A model generated the notes under the pieces. The model searched no databases, had not been told where the DNA came from, and worked only from the letters and a program-made list of their open reading frames with translations. Positions 25,566-36,572 of a stretch of 64,000 bases of DNA are shown in pieces (positions within the stretch are counted from its first letter, which is position 1; the number at the start of each line of letters is the position of its first letter). A program made the position numbers and the translations under genes. Origin of the DNA: Octopus sinensis (lineage: Eukaryota); the NCBI RefSeq assembly GCF_006345805.1, contig NC_043007.1, forward strand, positions 51,832,001 through 51,896,000, read 5' to 3'.

Positions 25566-25577
25566 AGCTATTTCGGC
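25566..25577 (+). promoter_or_regulatory. Putative primer-binding site complementary to nt 1-12 of tRNA-Phe(GAA)
   Basis: AGCTATTTCGGC directly after the 5' LTR is the reverse complement of GCCGAAATAGCT, the 5' end of metazoan cytosolic tRNA-Phe. No TGG-type PBS is present. Confidence 0.75.
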
Positions 25578-25600
25578 GCTCCGTATAAGACGTCACCACG

Positions 25601-26356
25601 ATGGCAGCGAAAATCAGGATCGCCAGCGACATCATCAGACCCTTTAATGGAGAAGGCGATGTAGTGGCCTGGATGCGTAAAATCAGGCTGGTGGCAAGAC
25701 TGCAAGGTATAAGCGATGTGGCAAGTCTTATGGCGCTGTATTTGGAAGGGAGCGCGTTGACGCTATATCTTGAGATGGACGAGGAAGAACGTCTGAACGA
25801 GGAAAAGATCGAGCAACGTCTGAGGGATACCTACACAGAGTGTGAGTACACAGCTTTTGCTAAGCTGGGTACGATCAGATGGATGGGAGGACAGGTGGAC
25901 GAATATGCAGCAGAAGTTCGAAGGTTAGCGACGCTGGCTGGGTTTACAGGAGAAGGGTTGGAGAGAGCAGCACGACTGGCGTTCGTAAATGGGTTCCCCG
26001 ACGATGTAGGGATTCACCTACAACAATTGGCCAGGAGTAAAAAGATGACGCTGAGCGAACTTGTGACTCAAGACCGCGTGTTGACGCGACACTCTGGGCG
26101 GAGGGCGATAGCGATGGCGGTGTGTAAAGACGGACGACGGCCAGAGAAAGACGTGCAGAAGCCTACCGTGCAACGACAGCGGCCATTCTCAGGTCGGTGT
26201 TTAAGATGTCAGGGGTCGCACATGGCGAGGGAGTGTACGCAACCGGGGCCCGTTTGCTATCGATGCAGGCAGACAAGGCACATCGCCCGTGATTGCGACC
26301 AGGGAAACGACCGCGGGGAAGTTGCTTCCTCTCGAACTTTCCCCGCAAACGAGTAG
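25601..26356 (+). CDS. gag: Gag-like protein, 251 aa, two CCHC zinc knuckles
   Basis: Intact ORF starting 35 nt after the 5' LTR. CLRCQGSHMAREC and CYRCRQTRHIARDC. Confidence 0.9.
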   Translation: MAAKIRIASDIIRPFNGEGDVVAWMRKIRLVARLQGISDVASLMALYLEGSALTLYLEMDEEERLNEEKIEQRLRDTYTECEYTAFAKLGTIRWMGGQVDEYAAEVRRLATLAGFTGEGLERAARLAFVNGFPDDVGIHLQQLARSKKMTLSELVTQDRVLTRHSGRRAIAMAVCKDGRRPEKDVQKPTVQRQRPFSGRCLRCQGSHMARECTQPGPVCYRCRQTRHIARDCDQGNDRGEVASSRTFPANE

Positions 26357-28955
26357 AGGCGCTTTTGGAGACGCTGCCATTAATTGACGTGGAGGCCGAA
26401 GGGGAAGACGTTCAAGGCCCTCGTGGATACGGGCTGCACGACTACCCTTGTGAATTCAAGGGTGTCGAAGAAATGGAAAGGGGCAAGTAGCGTCCGGGCG
26501 GTCGACGGCAGCGAAATCCGTTGCAAAGGCAGCAGCAAGGTAGAGATAGTGGTGCGCGCCGCAACGCTAAGGCTGCAGGTAATTGTGGCTGAACGCGTAA
26601 TAGATGGGGTTGATGTGGTGATGGGGATGGACGCCATCAACCGCCTCGGTAGCGTCAGTATTGTGGGATATGAGGTCACGTTCGGTAGCGTGGGGGCGAC
26701 GTGCACGGCGAGTCAGGATCGCCAGGGAGAGCAGAGCCCCGCGAGGGACTGCGCCGCTTACACCATCGAGGACAAAGATTTTCAGGCGGTGGACGATAGA
26801 GGGGCGATGAAAGGACAAAAACAGAGTGAGCTGCTACCAGCATACCCTGAAAGGCCACGCCAGGGTCGAGTTTGAAGACGAGGTGGAGAGGTGGATCGAG
26901 GAAGGGGTCCTTGTCCCTTGGAAGGAGGAGGTAGCGGGCGGAGTGCTACCCCTGATGGTGGTGGTGCAGCCTACGGAGGGAAAAGTCAGACCGGTGCTGG
27001 ACTTCAGGGAGCTAAACCAGCATATATCGTGTCACACGGGAGGTGAGGCGACGGACGTTTGTGGCGAGATGTTATGTGCGTGGAGACAGTCGACCAAGGC
27101 AGCGGAGATTGTCGAATTGAAATCGGCATACTTGCAGCTCCATGTGAGCGACAAACTGTGGGGATATCAGCTGGTGCGGTACAAGGGCCGGACGTACTGT
27201 CTAACCAGGCTGGGTTTCGGGCTGAATTCCGCTCCGAAGATCATGGCGGCAGTGCTTAGGTCCGTCCTAGGGAAAGACGGCAAGATTAGAAAGGCCACCA
27301 GCTCCTACATTGACGACATTTTGGTGGACGAAACTGTAGTGCCAGCCAACGAGGTAGTTAGACATCTGGAGAAGTTCGGACTGATTGCGAAATCACCGGA
27401 GACGATGGAAGGGGGAGCCGCACTGGGGCTGAAGCTGCGAAGAGATAGATCGGGTGAGTTGGTGTTCCTGAGAGGGAATGAAATCCCAGAGCTGAGTTCC
27501 GGCGTCAGCAGGAGAGAGCTGAAGACCCGGAAGACCCGGTCAGAGGGAACTGGTACGTGCCCAAGACGGAATGCGGGACCGTCTGGTGTGATGCTAGCAG
27601 TATAGCGATAGGGATTGTGTTGGCGATCGAAGTCGCTGCGGTGGAGGACGCGGCCTGGCTTCGGAAAGCAGATGACTTCAACCACATCAATGTCGCCGAA
27701 TTAGACGCGGTGCTGAAAGGGGTGAACTTGGCTCTGAAATGGGGGCAATTGAAATCCGGACGGATTCGGCCACTTTGCTTGGCTGGGTAGGATCGGTGAT
27801 CACCGGTGAAAGGAGAGTTCGGACGAAAGGTGCCGCGGAGATGTTGGCGAAGCACCGTCTAGGAGTTCTAGGAGAATTGATTGCCGAGTTTGGACTGAAG
27901 CTGAACGTGGTTTTCGAGCCTTCGGAGAAAAACAGGGCGGACGCACTGACCAGGGTGAAAAGGGCGTGGTTGGAGGAACCGGAGGAGGCCCGGAAAGGGA
28001 TAGCTGCAGCGTGTCGGTTGGATGACTCTAAACTGAAGAGACTGCATGCTATGCATCACTTGGGTGTGGACAGGACCCTGTATCTGGCGAAGAAAATTGA
28101 TACTGACGTCACCAGGAGAAGCATCCGGAAAGTGGTCGGGAGCTGCGACAGGTGTCAGTCCGTTGACCCTGCTCCGTGTGGGCATGAACAGGGAAACCTT
28201 TCGGTGGAGCACAACTGGAAAAGGCTAGCTTTTCCCCGTCAGAGAATGTATCTCTCCATGGTCGACTGCGGGCCGAGCCGGGTCGGCTGGCCATTTGGAG
28301 GGAGTTGAAAACGAGCATTGCTGACGAGATTGCGCAGATCTTGAACGGGATATTTTTAGAGAGAGGTCCCGTGAAAGAACTGCTAATGGACAACGGGGCG
28401 GTGTTTCGTTCGGAAGCATTGAGGGATATGCTTGACCGGTGGAAGGTGCGTCGCTTGTTCAGAGCAGCGTATAGGCCGAGCGGTAACGGGATCGTAGAGA
28501 GGCACCATCGGACACTCAAGGCCATAGCGGAAAGAGGGCACATTTCGCCGTTTGAAGCAGTTTTTTGGTACAACTTGCCTCCCTGATCCGGACAAGCTGA
28601 AGAATCTGTGCCGCAGAGAGCTGTATTTAAATATGAATGGAGGTACCCGAGTAAAGCGCCGGAGGGCTACGAGGAATAGAAGGGACCCTCTTGCGTGAAA
28701 ATAGGGGAGGAAGTCTGGGTTAAGCCACCGAAGGCGCGCTGTACGTCTCAATGGAGCAGAGGAACGGTGACGGCGGTCAATTCCAGAAACAACGTCTCCG
28801 TGGATGGAATGCCGCGACACGTCTTAGACCTTCGCAGGATTGTTGCTTCGACGGAGGACGATTGTGGAGAGGGGGAGAACGAGGTACCTAGCTTGAGAAG
28901 ATCTCGACGCGCAAGGCGCCCTCCCGGTTGGATGGTGGACTACGACATGGAGTAG
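26302..28955 (+). pseudogene. pol: Pol (aspartic protease, RT, RNase H, integrase) broken by frameshifts
   Basis: PR: ALVDTG. RT: KVRPVLDFRELN...LKSAYLQ...RLGFGLNSAP...YIDD. RNase H: WCDAS...HINVAELDA...IRTDS...NRADALTR. IN: HAMHHLG...CDRC, MVD, LMDNG, NGIVERHHRTLK. Confidence 0.9.
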
Positions 28956-28986
28956 AGAGATTGTGATCTTTAAGATCAGGGTGGCG

Positions 28987-29262
28987 TGTGGTATAACGTC
29001 AGCAGCTGGGGAGCTGACCGGGACTTGGGGCTGACCGGAAGGAGCAGCAGTGATGCGTGCGCAGGTAAGGTAGCATTCGGCCTTTCGATCGTGGTCGCCG
29101 AGCGAGTAAGACGGGTCAGCACGTTGTTAAGTTTGGGAGAAGCAGCAGCTATTTCTAGCGTTCAGGTCGGGCTGTGTTGAAGGATCCATTACCGCTGAAG
29201 GGTCTCCATCTGAGCGAAGAGAAGGTAGGTGCCTTTATTTCGAATCTCTCACAGACACCACA
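28987..29262 (+). repeat. 3' LTR, preceded by a G-rich PPT-like tract (agatcagggtggcg)
   Basis: Colinear with the 5' LTR and followed by TSD GTGAC. Confidence 0.95.
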
Positions 29263-29651
29263 GTGACACGAGGAGATATTGATAAATCGGATATAGCTAA
29301 TCGTGTATAGAAAAATGGAGATCACCTCCCCCTGTGGGATGAAGTTAAAATAATAGACAGAGAACACCACTGGAAAATACGAAAACTAAATGAAACAGCA
29401 CATATGGTAGGACACAACACTCTCTTAAGCAGACCGAATGCAGATATGAATAGCATATGGGAACCGGTATTAAAGAAGGACAGGAAAATATTAGACTCAT
29501 AAGCCCTAAAATATACTTCCTAATTGCTCACGGGCATATGGCGTAGTGGTTAAGAGCGCGAGCTGCTTACCCCAATAATAATAATAATAACAACGACAAC
29601 AACATCGAAAAATACCTTAGGAATGAGAATCCAGGTTCGAAATTTCCCGAA

Positions 29652-29697
29652 GACAACTGATGAAGGCTGGAAGGTATATCAGCTGAAACGTTGAGTT
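29652..29697 (+). ncRNA. Degenerate minimal hammerhead motif
   Basis: GACAA-CUGAUGA-A-GGCUG(GAAGGUAUAU)CAGCU-GAAA-C-GUU^GAGUU. Stem II is present and stem III is the palindrome AACGUU, but stem I has two mismatches. Confidence 0.5.
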
Positions 29698-29749
29698 AAC
29701 AACAAACAAGATGAGGACAAATATCCGTCAAATGTAAATAATGTAAATA

Positions 29750-29945
29750 ATAGTCAACTGGTATTTATTTTATCAATCCGGAATTGATGAAAGCAAAGTC
29801 GACCTTGACGGTAATTTGAACTCAGAACTTAGAAGACAAACGAAATGCTGGTAAGCATTTTACCCGGCGTGCTAACGATTCTGCCATCTCGCCGCGTTAG
29901 AATACTGAAATATTAGTTTCAAACTCTGGCACAAGGCCAGCAATT
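29750..29945 (-). mobile_element. SINE family B copy
   Basis: aaagcaaagtcgacctt...aatttgaactcagaac...taagcattttacccggcgtgctaacgattctgccatctcgccgc. Confidence 0.8.
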
Positions 29946-30308
29946 GGATGTATTCAATTTGACGGACAGATCTTTTAATTAATTATTTTTTAACTACTCT
30001 TAACGTTTTCGACAAAATTTTGTATTTTAGAAGTTATTTCGTGTTAAAGTTGTCGTATTTGGTTAATTTTAACCAATCAACGACGTGTGTTCAGCTGAAG
30101 AAAATTACTGCTGCTGTTTGCGAACAACTTCCAGATCCATTGACAAAACGATGAGTGTCCGTAAACAGAAAAATTTAAACTGAAAGTCTCCCCTAACAAA
30201 ACCCTTCTTTAATAACTAGAGATGTTTTTATAGCAACATATATGAGAATGTGTCCATCTATATATCTATATAGCTAGCTAGCTATCTATACACACACACA
30301 CACACACA

Positions 30309-30359
<51 letters not shown>

Positions 30360-30749
30360 TAATAATAGGCAGAAGTTACAGGGTGATAATGGCCAAATTC
30401 GTATTTGATAAGTGTCAATACACGAAACTCTTAGCTTTTGACTTACTCTCTAACTTCTGCCGATGATATATATACATACATATATGTGTAAAAAAAATCT
30501 CATCACGCAATCGAACCAATGCAAAAGCCTGTACCTGGTCGCTCGACACGCTAAAAATAGCAGCCAAAGTATTCCCCTATCTAAATCACGCCCAATGTAC
30601 GTAATGTCCTAGATTATCCCTAAAAAGACGGTTTGTTGAAGTCTGGAATGTCTTTGATGATAGGTTTGCTGTATCAGGGTTGATTCGAGTTTAAATAACA
30701 GCAAAATATGGTAAATTTCTATATAAACTCCCGCAAGATTTTCCCTAAG

Positions 30750-31127
30750 AAAAAAAACTTGGATTTTTTACGTGGAATCAAATACCCTGACCTCCTAATA
30801 TCCTGCAAATCTCTTATTTTGATTCGGGAAAAAAAGGGTGGCAGGAACCGCTCCTCTATCCCTTTTTTCCTAAGTGAAAGTCGTGCGGGTGAAAGATCAA
30901 TGGTGGGGGTGAAATTTCCGAGGCTTCCACCTCGCCCACTCCGTTTTTCGCACCCCAAAAAGGGTTTTGAAGCATATTAGGAGGTTACAGGCCTCCTAGT
31001 ATGCTACAACGAAAATAAATTGTCCAATGATTCTGGGAAGGAAGGGGGCAGTGGTCCCCCCACCTTTTTCCCGAACCAAAATAAGGGATTTGCAGCATAT
31101 TAGGAGGTCAAATATCCTAGTTTTTTT
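30750..31127. mobile_element. MITE-like element with ~60-80-bp imperfect terminal inverted repeats
   Basis: 30788 tgacctcctaatatcctgcaaatctcttattttgattcgggaaaa versus ttttcccgaaccaaaataagggatttgcagcatattaggaggtca ending at 31110. Outer aaaaaaacttggatt / aatatcctagttttttt. Internal copies of gcatattaggagg. Confidence 0.7.
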
Positions 31128-31337
31128 GTTGTTTCTTTTTTCTTAGTGAAAATTGTATAGAGTGCTAATAGAAACAAAGAGATGGCACCTGATGGCTATG
31201 GAAAGTTCTGTCCCTATCTCTGCTCTCCGTGTGATTGTCTTTCCGAATACATTTTTGTACGGACTTGTGTGTGTGTAGACATGTGTATGTGTGTGCGTGT
31301 GTGTATATATATATATATATATATGTATGTATATATG

Positions 31338-31387
<50 letters not shown>

Positions 31388-31580
31388 CATTTATGTATGT
31401 ATATGAACGAGTGTGCGCGCGTCTACTCATGTGTCTCCCTTTTAATTCTATCCTAAACGCATGCGTGTATTTGCATTCATTTTTGCTACTTTGGAACAGA
31501 ACTTTCTATAACCAATCAGCATAAACATTTTCATTCATAACGCTTGTATGTTCTGAAAATAAAGTGCACTTCATCTTCAA

Positions 31581-31661
31581 GGTTCTGATGAAGCTATAGG
31601 CTGTTATCCTGGTAGTCATCGAAGAGTCCACCACACCTTATTGCCGAAACAGTAGTAAGCT
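31581..31661 (+). ncRNA. Degenerate type-I hammerhead motif with long stem II
   Basis: GGUU-CUGAUGA-agcuauagg...ccuuauugcc-GAAA-CAGUA-GUA^AGCU. Stem I has two G-U pairs and stem II is imperfect. Confidence 0.5.
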
Positions 31662-31722
31662 AATGAAGTCCATTACGTAACTTTTGTTTATTCCGGTGTC
31701 ATCTCTTTGTTTAAATGTTTAA

Positions 31723-31826
<104 letters not shown>

Positions 31827-32034
31827 TAACAAAAATACGGATAAAGAAAATCACATCTTTAACTGCAGATTCACTATAGTATGCTGACAACCATTTCTGT
31901 TGTATCAATATATTTAGATATAGAAAATATTGAAATGCATATATCCGAATATAAATGTTAAGACAATGATTTCAAGGAGATCCAAAATTAGCTAAATTCA
32001 AAGTGATACTAAATATACGGTTGGTATAAACGTT

Positions 32035-32071
32035 AATAGTAATAACAATAATAATAATAATAATAATAATA

Positions 32072-32113
<42 letters not shown>

Positions 32114-32186
32114 TAATAATAATAATAATAATGATGATCATGATCATGATCATGATCATGATCATGACAATGACGACGATGACGAC

Positions 32187-32226
<40 letters not shown>

Positions 32227-32240
32227 GTGATGATGATAAT
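32035..32240. repeat. Compound (AAT)n-(GATCAT)n-(GAC)n-(GAT)n microsatellite
   Basis: Directly visible. Confidence 0.95.
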
Positions 32241-32778
32241 AATGCACTGATGAAGTACCAGGCAGTGGCTCTCATGATTTTTGATCTTAATTGACCAGAA
32301 GTGCTATCGTGTCTTGGTATAAAAGATGGACTACAGCAAATATTCTGCTCAATACCACACATTTGCTTGTCAGTCACTTGACCTTCACCAGTTAAGCATA
32401 CCCCTTAATAGCTGACTATTTGTGCATCTTTGATCGCGAGTAGTGGAGGAGCATCGTAGCCATGTGTTGAAAGGAATTCTTTGGGGCTTGAATAATTCAC
32501 CTTTGGAAACTCAGGTGTTTTGTTCATCGTCCTTAGACAACCCTTATTTAGGGATCTTTTGAGCTGGATGGGCTACTCAACCTGAAGAAAATTCTTACTA
32601 GGTTCCACGTGTGAGGTCATGCGCTGTTTATCTTGATATGAGATCACCATGTCGCGCACATATGGTCGTGATGCATGTGTCTGCTGTACCCTAATGAGAC
32701 GGGTAGTCATGATGGCTGTATTGGGCTTCGTATATTTATCCTAGTGTCACTTTGATCGCATGTACTGCTCTCTCGCTC

Positions 32779-32830
<52 letters not shown>

Positions 32831-33597
32831 GTTTGAGCTTGAGAATAAAAATTACGGTAGGAAAAATTCTGTCTTATGACAATTCTGCTTCTCATTGCAT
32901 TACTTAGCCCGTAACGATTTCGCGTGATTAGAGAAAAAGAGGAAGAGAGAAGCGTCCATGACGTGAGGTAGAAAGAATGTAATTGTAACGTTTTCATGTG
33001 ATTAGTTGAAAGGAAAAAGAGCAGAAAGAAAAAGGAGAGAGAAAAAGAGGATAAGGCGAAGAGGGAGAAAGAAAGAGGGAGAGGAAAGCGTCCGTGGCAT
33101 GAGGTAAGAGGAACGTAATATTCATTTCGTGGTTAATAAAGTCAGTTGAAGATAGAGGAGGAGAGTTAAAAATATAATTTTAGCATAGGGGTGATGTTCT
33201 GATGGTGAAGTTAAAGGCAGAGAGAGAGGGAAGAGAGAGGAGGGAGAGTGAGAGAGGGGAGAGAGCAGGGAGAGACAGAGAGGAGAGAGAGAACAGGGGG
33301 AGAGAGCAGATGATGGTGATAGTAGAGGTGATTGGGTAGTGAAAATTATTCTCTTTTTATTTGAAATAAGTTTTTTTTTATTTCACTTACTTAACGCATG
33401 CGCACAAGTGCAATTTCTTGAAATTTTTACGCTTATTTACGGGGCAGATATATGCAATTTCACTAAAGGTTGTATCATATGTATGAGATATTCCTTTTCG
33501 GTTCTGGGGAAAATGGAGAAATAAGAGTGAATATTTATTTTATGAGTGCTATGTATTAAGTCTATAAAATTGTGTATAAATTATATAAAGTGTATAT

Positions 33598-34215
33598 ATT
33601 CGGTCATCTTATAAATCTGAGGCTTTTTCAACTGCATGAACTAAAATTCGAAGGAGGAAGGGATAAACTACCTGCATCAACATGCTATAAAAGCAGATAG
33701 TAATTTTACCTTAACCTTATTCTTAGTGCAAGTTTTGAAGAGTGCAGTTCGATCTTAACAGTTATTTTTTTCAAAGCTATAATGGAAGTGACAAAGGAGC
33801 ATATTTGCTTTACGTGTTCAATAAAGGCAACACAACGGAAAGTGCGAGGAATATTATTGCAGTATATGGGGATCCGACAACAAGCGTAAGCCAGTGTCAA
33901 CGGTAGTTCCAGAAATTCCGAGCCGGAGCATAGAAAACGAGCCTCGTCCTGGAAGGTCTGCAGAGCTTGACGAGGACGTCCTGCAAACCCTGGTGGAACA
34001 AAATCCCATTATAACTGTTGAGGAACTAGCAGAGAAGCTTGAATTTGATCATTCAACCATTCATTGACATCTGCATGCCATCGGAAATGTCAACAAATTT
34101 GGTCAATGAGTTCCTCATAAACTTTCAAAGTTTAATCGAGTACAGAGAGTGAATGTATGCTACTATCACCTCTGACGAAGGAACCTTTTTTGGACCGAAT
34201 AGTGACTGGTGACGA
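33598..34215 (+). pseudogene. mariner transposase, N-terminal two-thirds, decayed
   Basis: MEVTKEH..LLYVFNKG...CQR*FQKFRAG..ENEPRPGR...VEQNP...WVPHKL-like...PFLDRIVTGD. Confidence 0.85.
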
Positions 34216-34429
34216 TATGGTGTAATACACCATTCACATACTCAATAGCTACCAATAGCTCTCGAAAATTCTATGCTGCACTAGATAAGTAAATATGGGA
34301 AATTATTTAATCACTATAGTATAAAATTTTCGTATTCAACCACTAGACATTTAGGTGAGATTATAACAGTACATAATAAATAGAGAGTTAGGGAGTATCT
34401 CAACACAAAATCTGTAAACAAGAGTAGAA

Positions 34430-35000
34430 TTGATAACGTATATTGTATATAAGTAGAATTGGTAATGTATAATGTATATAATTTTCCTGAACTAGATTTC
34501 TATTCTTTAAGTAAAAGTAATTCCTATAATAGAGTTAAGTTAATACCTAGTTTGAATATTAATTATAGCAATAATAATTGTAACCCTGCTTTAACACCTA
34601 ATTCTGAGACAAGGATTTGTAGGAATTCTTTTAACCATGAGTACCAAATACAAGTGAATAAATGCCTGTGTTATTGTAAAAACAAAATTGTCCTTTAGAA
34701 AATCAGTGTTTAAGGGAAAGATAGTCTATCAATACAAAGTAATAACAGGGAATTTAAAGTATTACTACGTAGGTCCATCTGCTACAATTTGGAAATCTAG
34801 ATTTCATAATCATTCTCATTCATTTAAGTATTAAAGAAATAGTGATCCTTCAAATCTTAGCAAATGCAATTGGGATTTAAAAGATAGGAACATTAAGTAT
34901 GATTTACAGTGATTCATTATTAGTTACTCATAGTCGTACAATGTTGGCAATTCTACATGTGATCTTTGCCTTGAAGAAATGTATTACATATTCTAAATCA
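34430..35000 (+). pseudogene. Penelope-like GIY-YIG endonuclease relic
   Basis: C.CKNK.CPLENQCL...IVYQYKV...YYVG...WKSRFHNHSHSF...LSKCNWDLKD...CDLCLEE. Confidence 0.75.
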
Positions 35001-35519
35001 ATTTTATTAAAATTTAATGAGAATTTTACAATGAAATGTTACAAATTTCGGAAGGCATTTGAATATTTCAATTCTTAATTATAATTGCTTTTCATATGTT
35101 ATATAATAAGCATAACTCTTCTAAAAAAAAAAGGATTTACTATATTTAAGAAATAGATAACTAATTGTCGTGACGAAAAATCTCAATGTTTCTGGTTGTC
35201 GTAACGTAGCATTCTTATGTTTGTTTATAATCCTTTCGTTATCCAATGACGTCACCAGGAGTTGAATACAAAAATAACTTTTCTTAAAATATAGTTCTTC
35301 TTAAGTTCACTTCGAATTTAACTAACTTTAGATCGTCTTGAAAACGTTGTGTTAACATGTATTTTCGGATATATTTAAAAGAGTGATTTTTTTCTGTCCG
35401 TATTTTTGTTGTCTAATACTTTGAATTTCTTGAAATTCTTCTAAACGATATTTGGATCTACTCGTCATACGGGAGGAATTACCTTCGTACATACATGAGG
35501 AATTACCTTGGTAGATAAA

Positions 35520-36110
35520 CCAAGAAGACGTAGGCAGAGAAAACTTTTATGGTAAGATCCCCCATATAGTATGAATGCTACCACTAACACAACAAGAAAA
35601 TTCCTAAAACTCATGTATAACCAATTCCCTCACATAAATTTCATAAGATCTTCAACAGAAATACGGTTAAAGTTAGCTATTATAGCCTCCCTGATATAAG
35701 GTCAATAATTTTCAATCACAATAAAAATAACAACATTAGGAACATCCTCCAAAGATCTTGTAACTGCATATCTCTGGACACCTTTCTCTTGAGCCAATAA
35801 GCGCCAGGAAAAATAATTAGCGTGCAAGCATTACGGATTTGAACGGAACAACAAGAACTTATATTTGAATGACGGGAAACACCTTCTAAGAGCGATATAC
35901 GCCACATTTGGCTTCGTTCAGAAATAAAAACAAAGAACACCCAACATCTTTATCCAGTATGTTATAGACACTTAAAAAGAGAGCCTTAATGCTAAAGCTA
36001 GCGAATACAGAGGACGGGGCAGCAAATGCGAGTTCTGCATAGCTGAAAAACTAAACGTTATAACATCAACAGTGAACTTTTTATACAATGGAGAGGAAAC
36101 CTTCTTCCCC
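35520..36110 (+). pseudogene. Penelope-like linker and GIY-YIG relic
   Basis: RQRKLLW*DPPYSMN...KFHKIFNRNTVKVSY...TYI*MTGNTF*ERY..H..SFRNK...KASEYRGRGSKCEFCIAEKL. Confidence 0.8.
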
Positions 36111-36572
36111 TGCATACTCAATCAACACCTCATAATTCGAACTTTGAAGCAAGATCTTTATCCAGTATGTTATAGACACTTAAAAAGAGAGCCTTAATGC
36201 TAAAGCTAGCGAATACAGAGGACGGGGCAGCAAATGCGAGTTCTGCATAGCTGAAAAACTAAACGTTATAACATCAACAGTGAACTTTTTATACAATGGA
36301 GAGGAAACCTTCTTCCCCTGCATACTCAATCAACACCTCATAATTCGAACTTTGAAGCAAGATCTTTATCCAGTATGTTATAGACACTTAAAAAGAGAGC
36401 CTTAATGCTAAAGCTAGCGAATACAGAGGACGGGGCAGCAAATGCGAGTTCTGCATAGCTGAAAAACTAAACGTTATAACATCAACAGTGAACTTTTTAT
36501 ACAATGGAGAGGAAACCTTCTTCCCCTGCATACTCAATCAACACCTCATAATTCGAACTTTGAAGCAAGATC
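35946..36572. repeat. Tandem triplication of a 208-bp unit
   Basis: Units start at 35946, 36154 and 36362. No differences seen by eye. ATC microhomology at the junctions. Confidence 0.95.

Larger units (their letters stand above)
25290..29262 (+). mobile_element. Full-structure compact LTR retrotransposon (3,973 bp), 5-bp TSD GTGAC
   Basis: Two 276-bp LTRs with TGTGGT...ACCACA termini. TSD at 25285-25289 and 29263-29267. Domain order gag-PR-RT-RNaseH-IN (Ty3/Gypsy-type order). Confidence 0.95.
23838..29501 (+). mobile_element. Penelope-like element (RT + GIY-YIG), 5'-truncated and split by an LTR retrotransposon
   Basis: RT: LPAVKGNATVVMDK...YGLPKIHK.GIPLRPIVS...MGSPLSP...WLRYVDDTF...GFRTSVYRKPT. 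GIY-YIG N-half VYSIPCSCGRLYKGET..LKIRVEEH at ~25190-25284, resuming at 29263 with TRGDIDKSDIA...WDEVKIIDREHHWKIRKLNE. Confidence 0.9.

Noticed and set aside
25588-25599. gacgtcaccac is partly complementary to the LTR start (Tf1-like self-priming)
   Set aside because: It needs a 2-nt gap, is not adjacent to the LTR, and GACGTC is itself palindromic. The tRNA-Phe match is perfect and correctly placed.
29530-29575. tRNA-like starts (also ~58500-58560)
   Set aside because: These are truncated SINE heads with an A-box only and no cloverleaf, so they are not tRNA genes.
35946-36572. CRISPR-like reading of tandem repeats (also 7314-7455)
   Set aside because: No repeat-spacer alternation, no cas genes, and a eukaryotic context.
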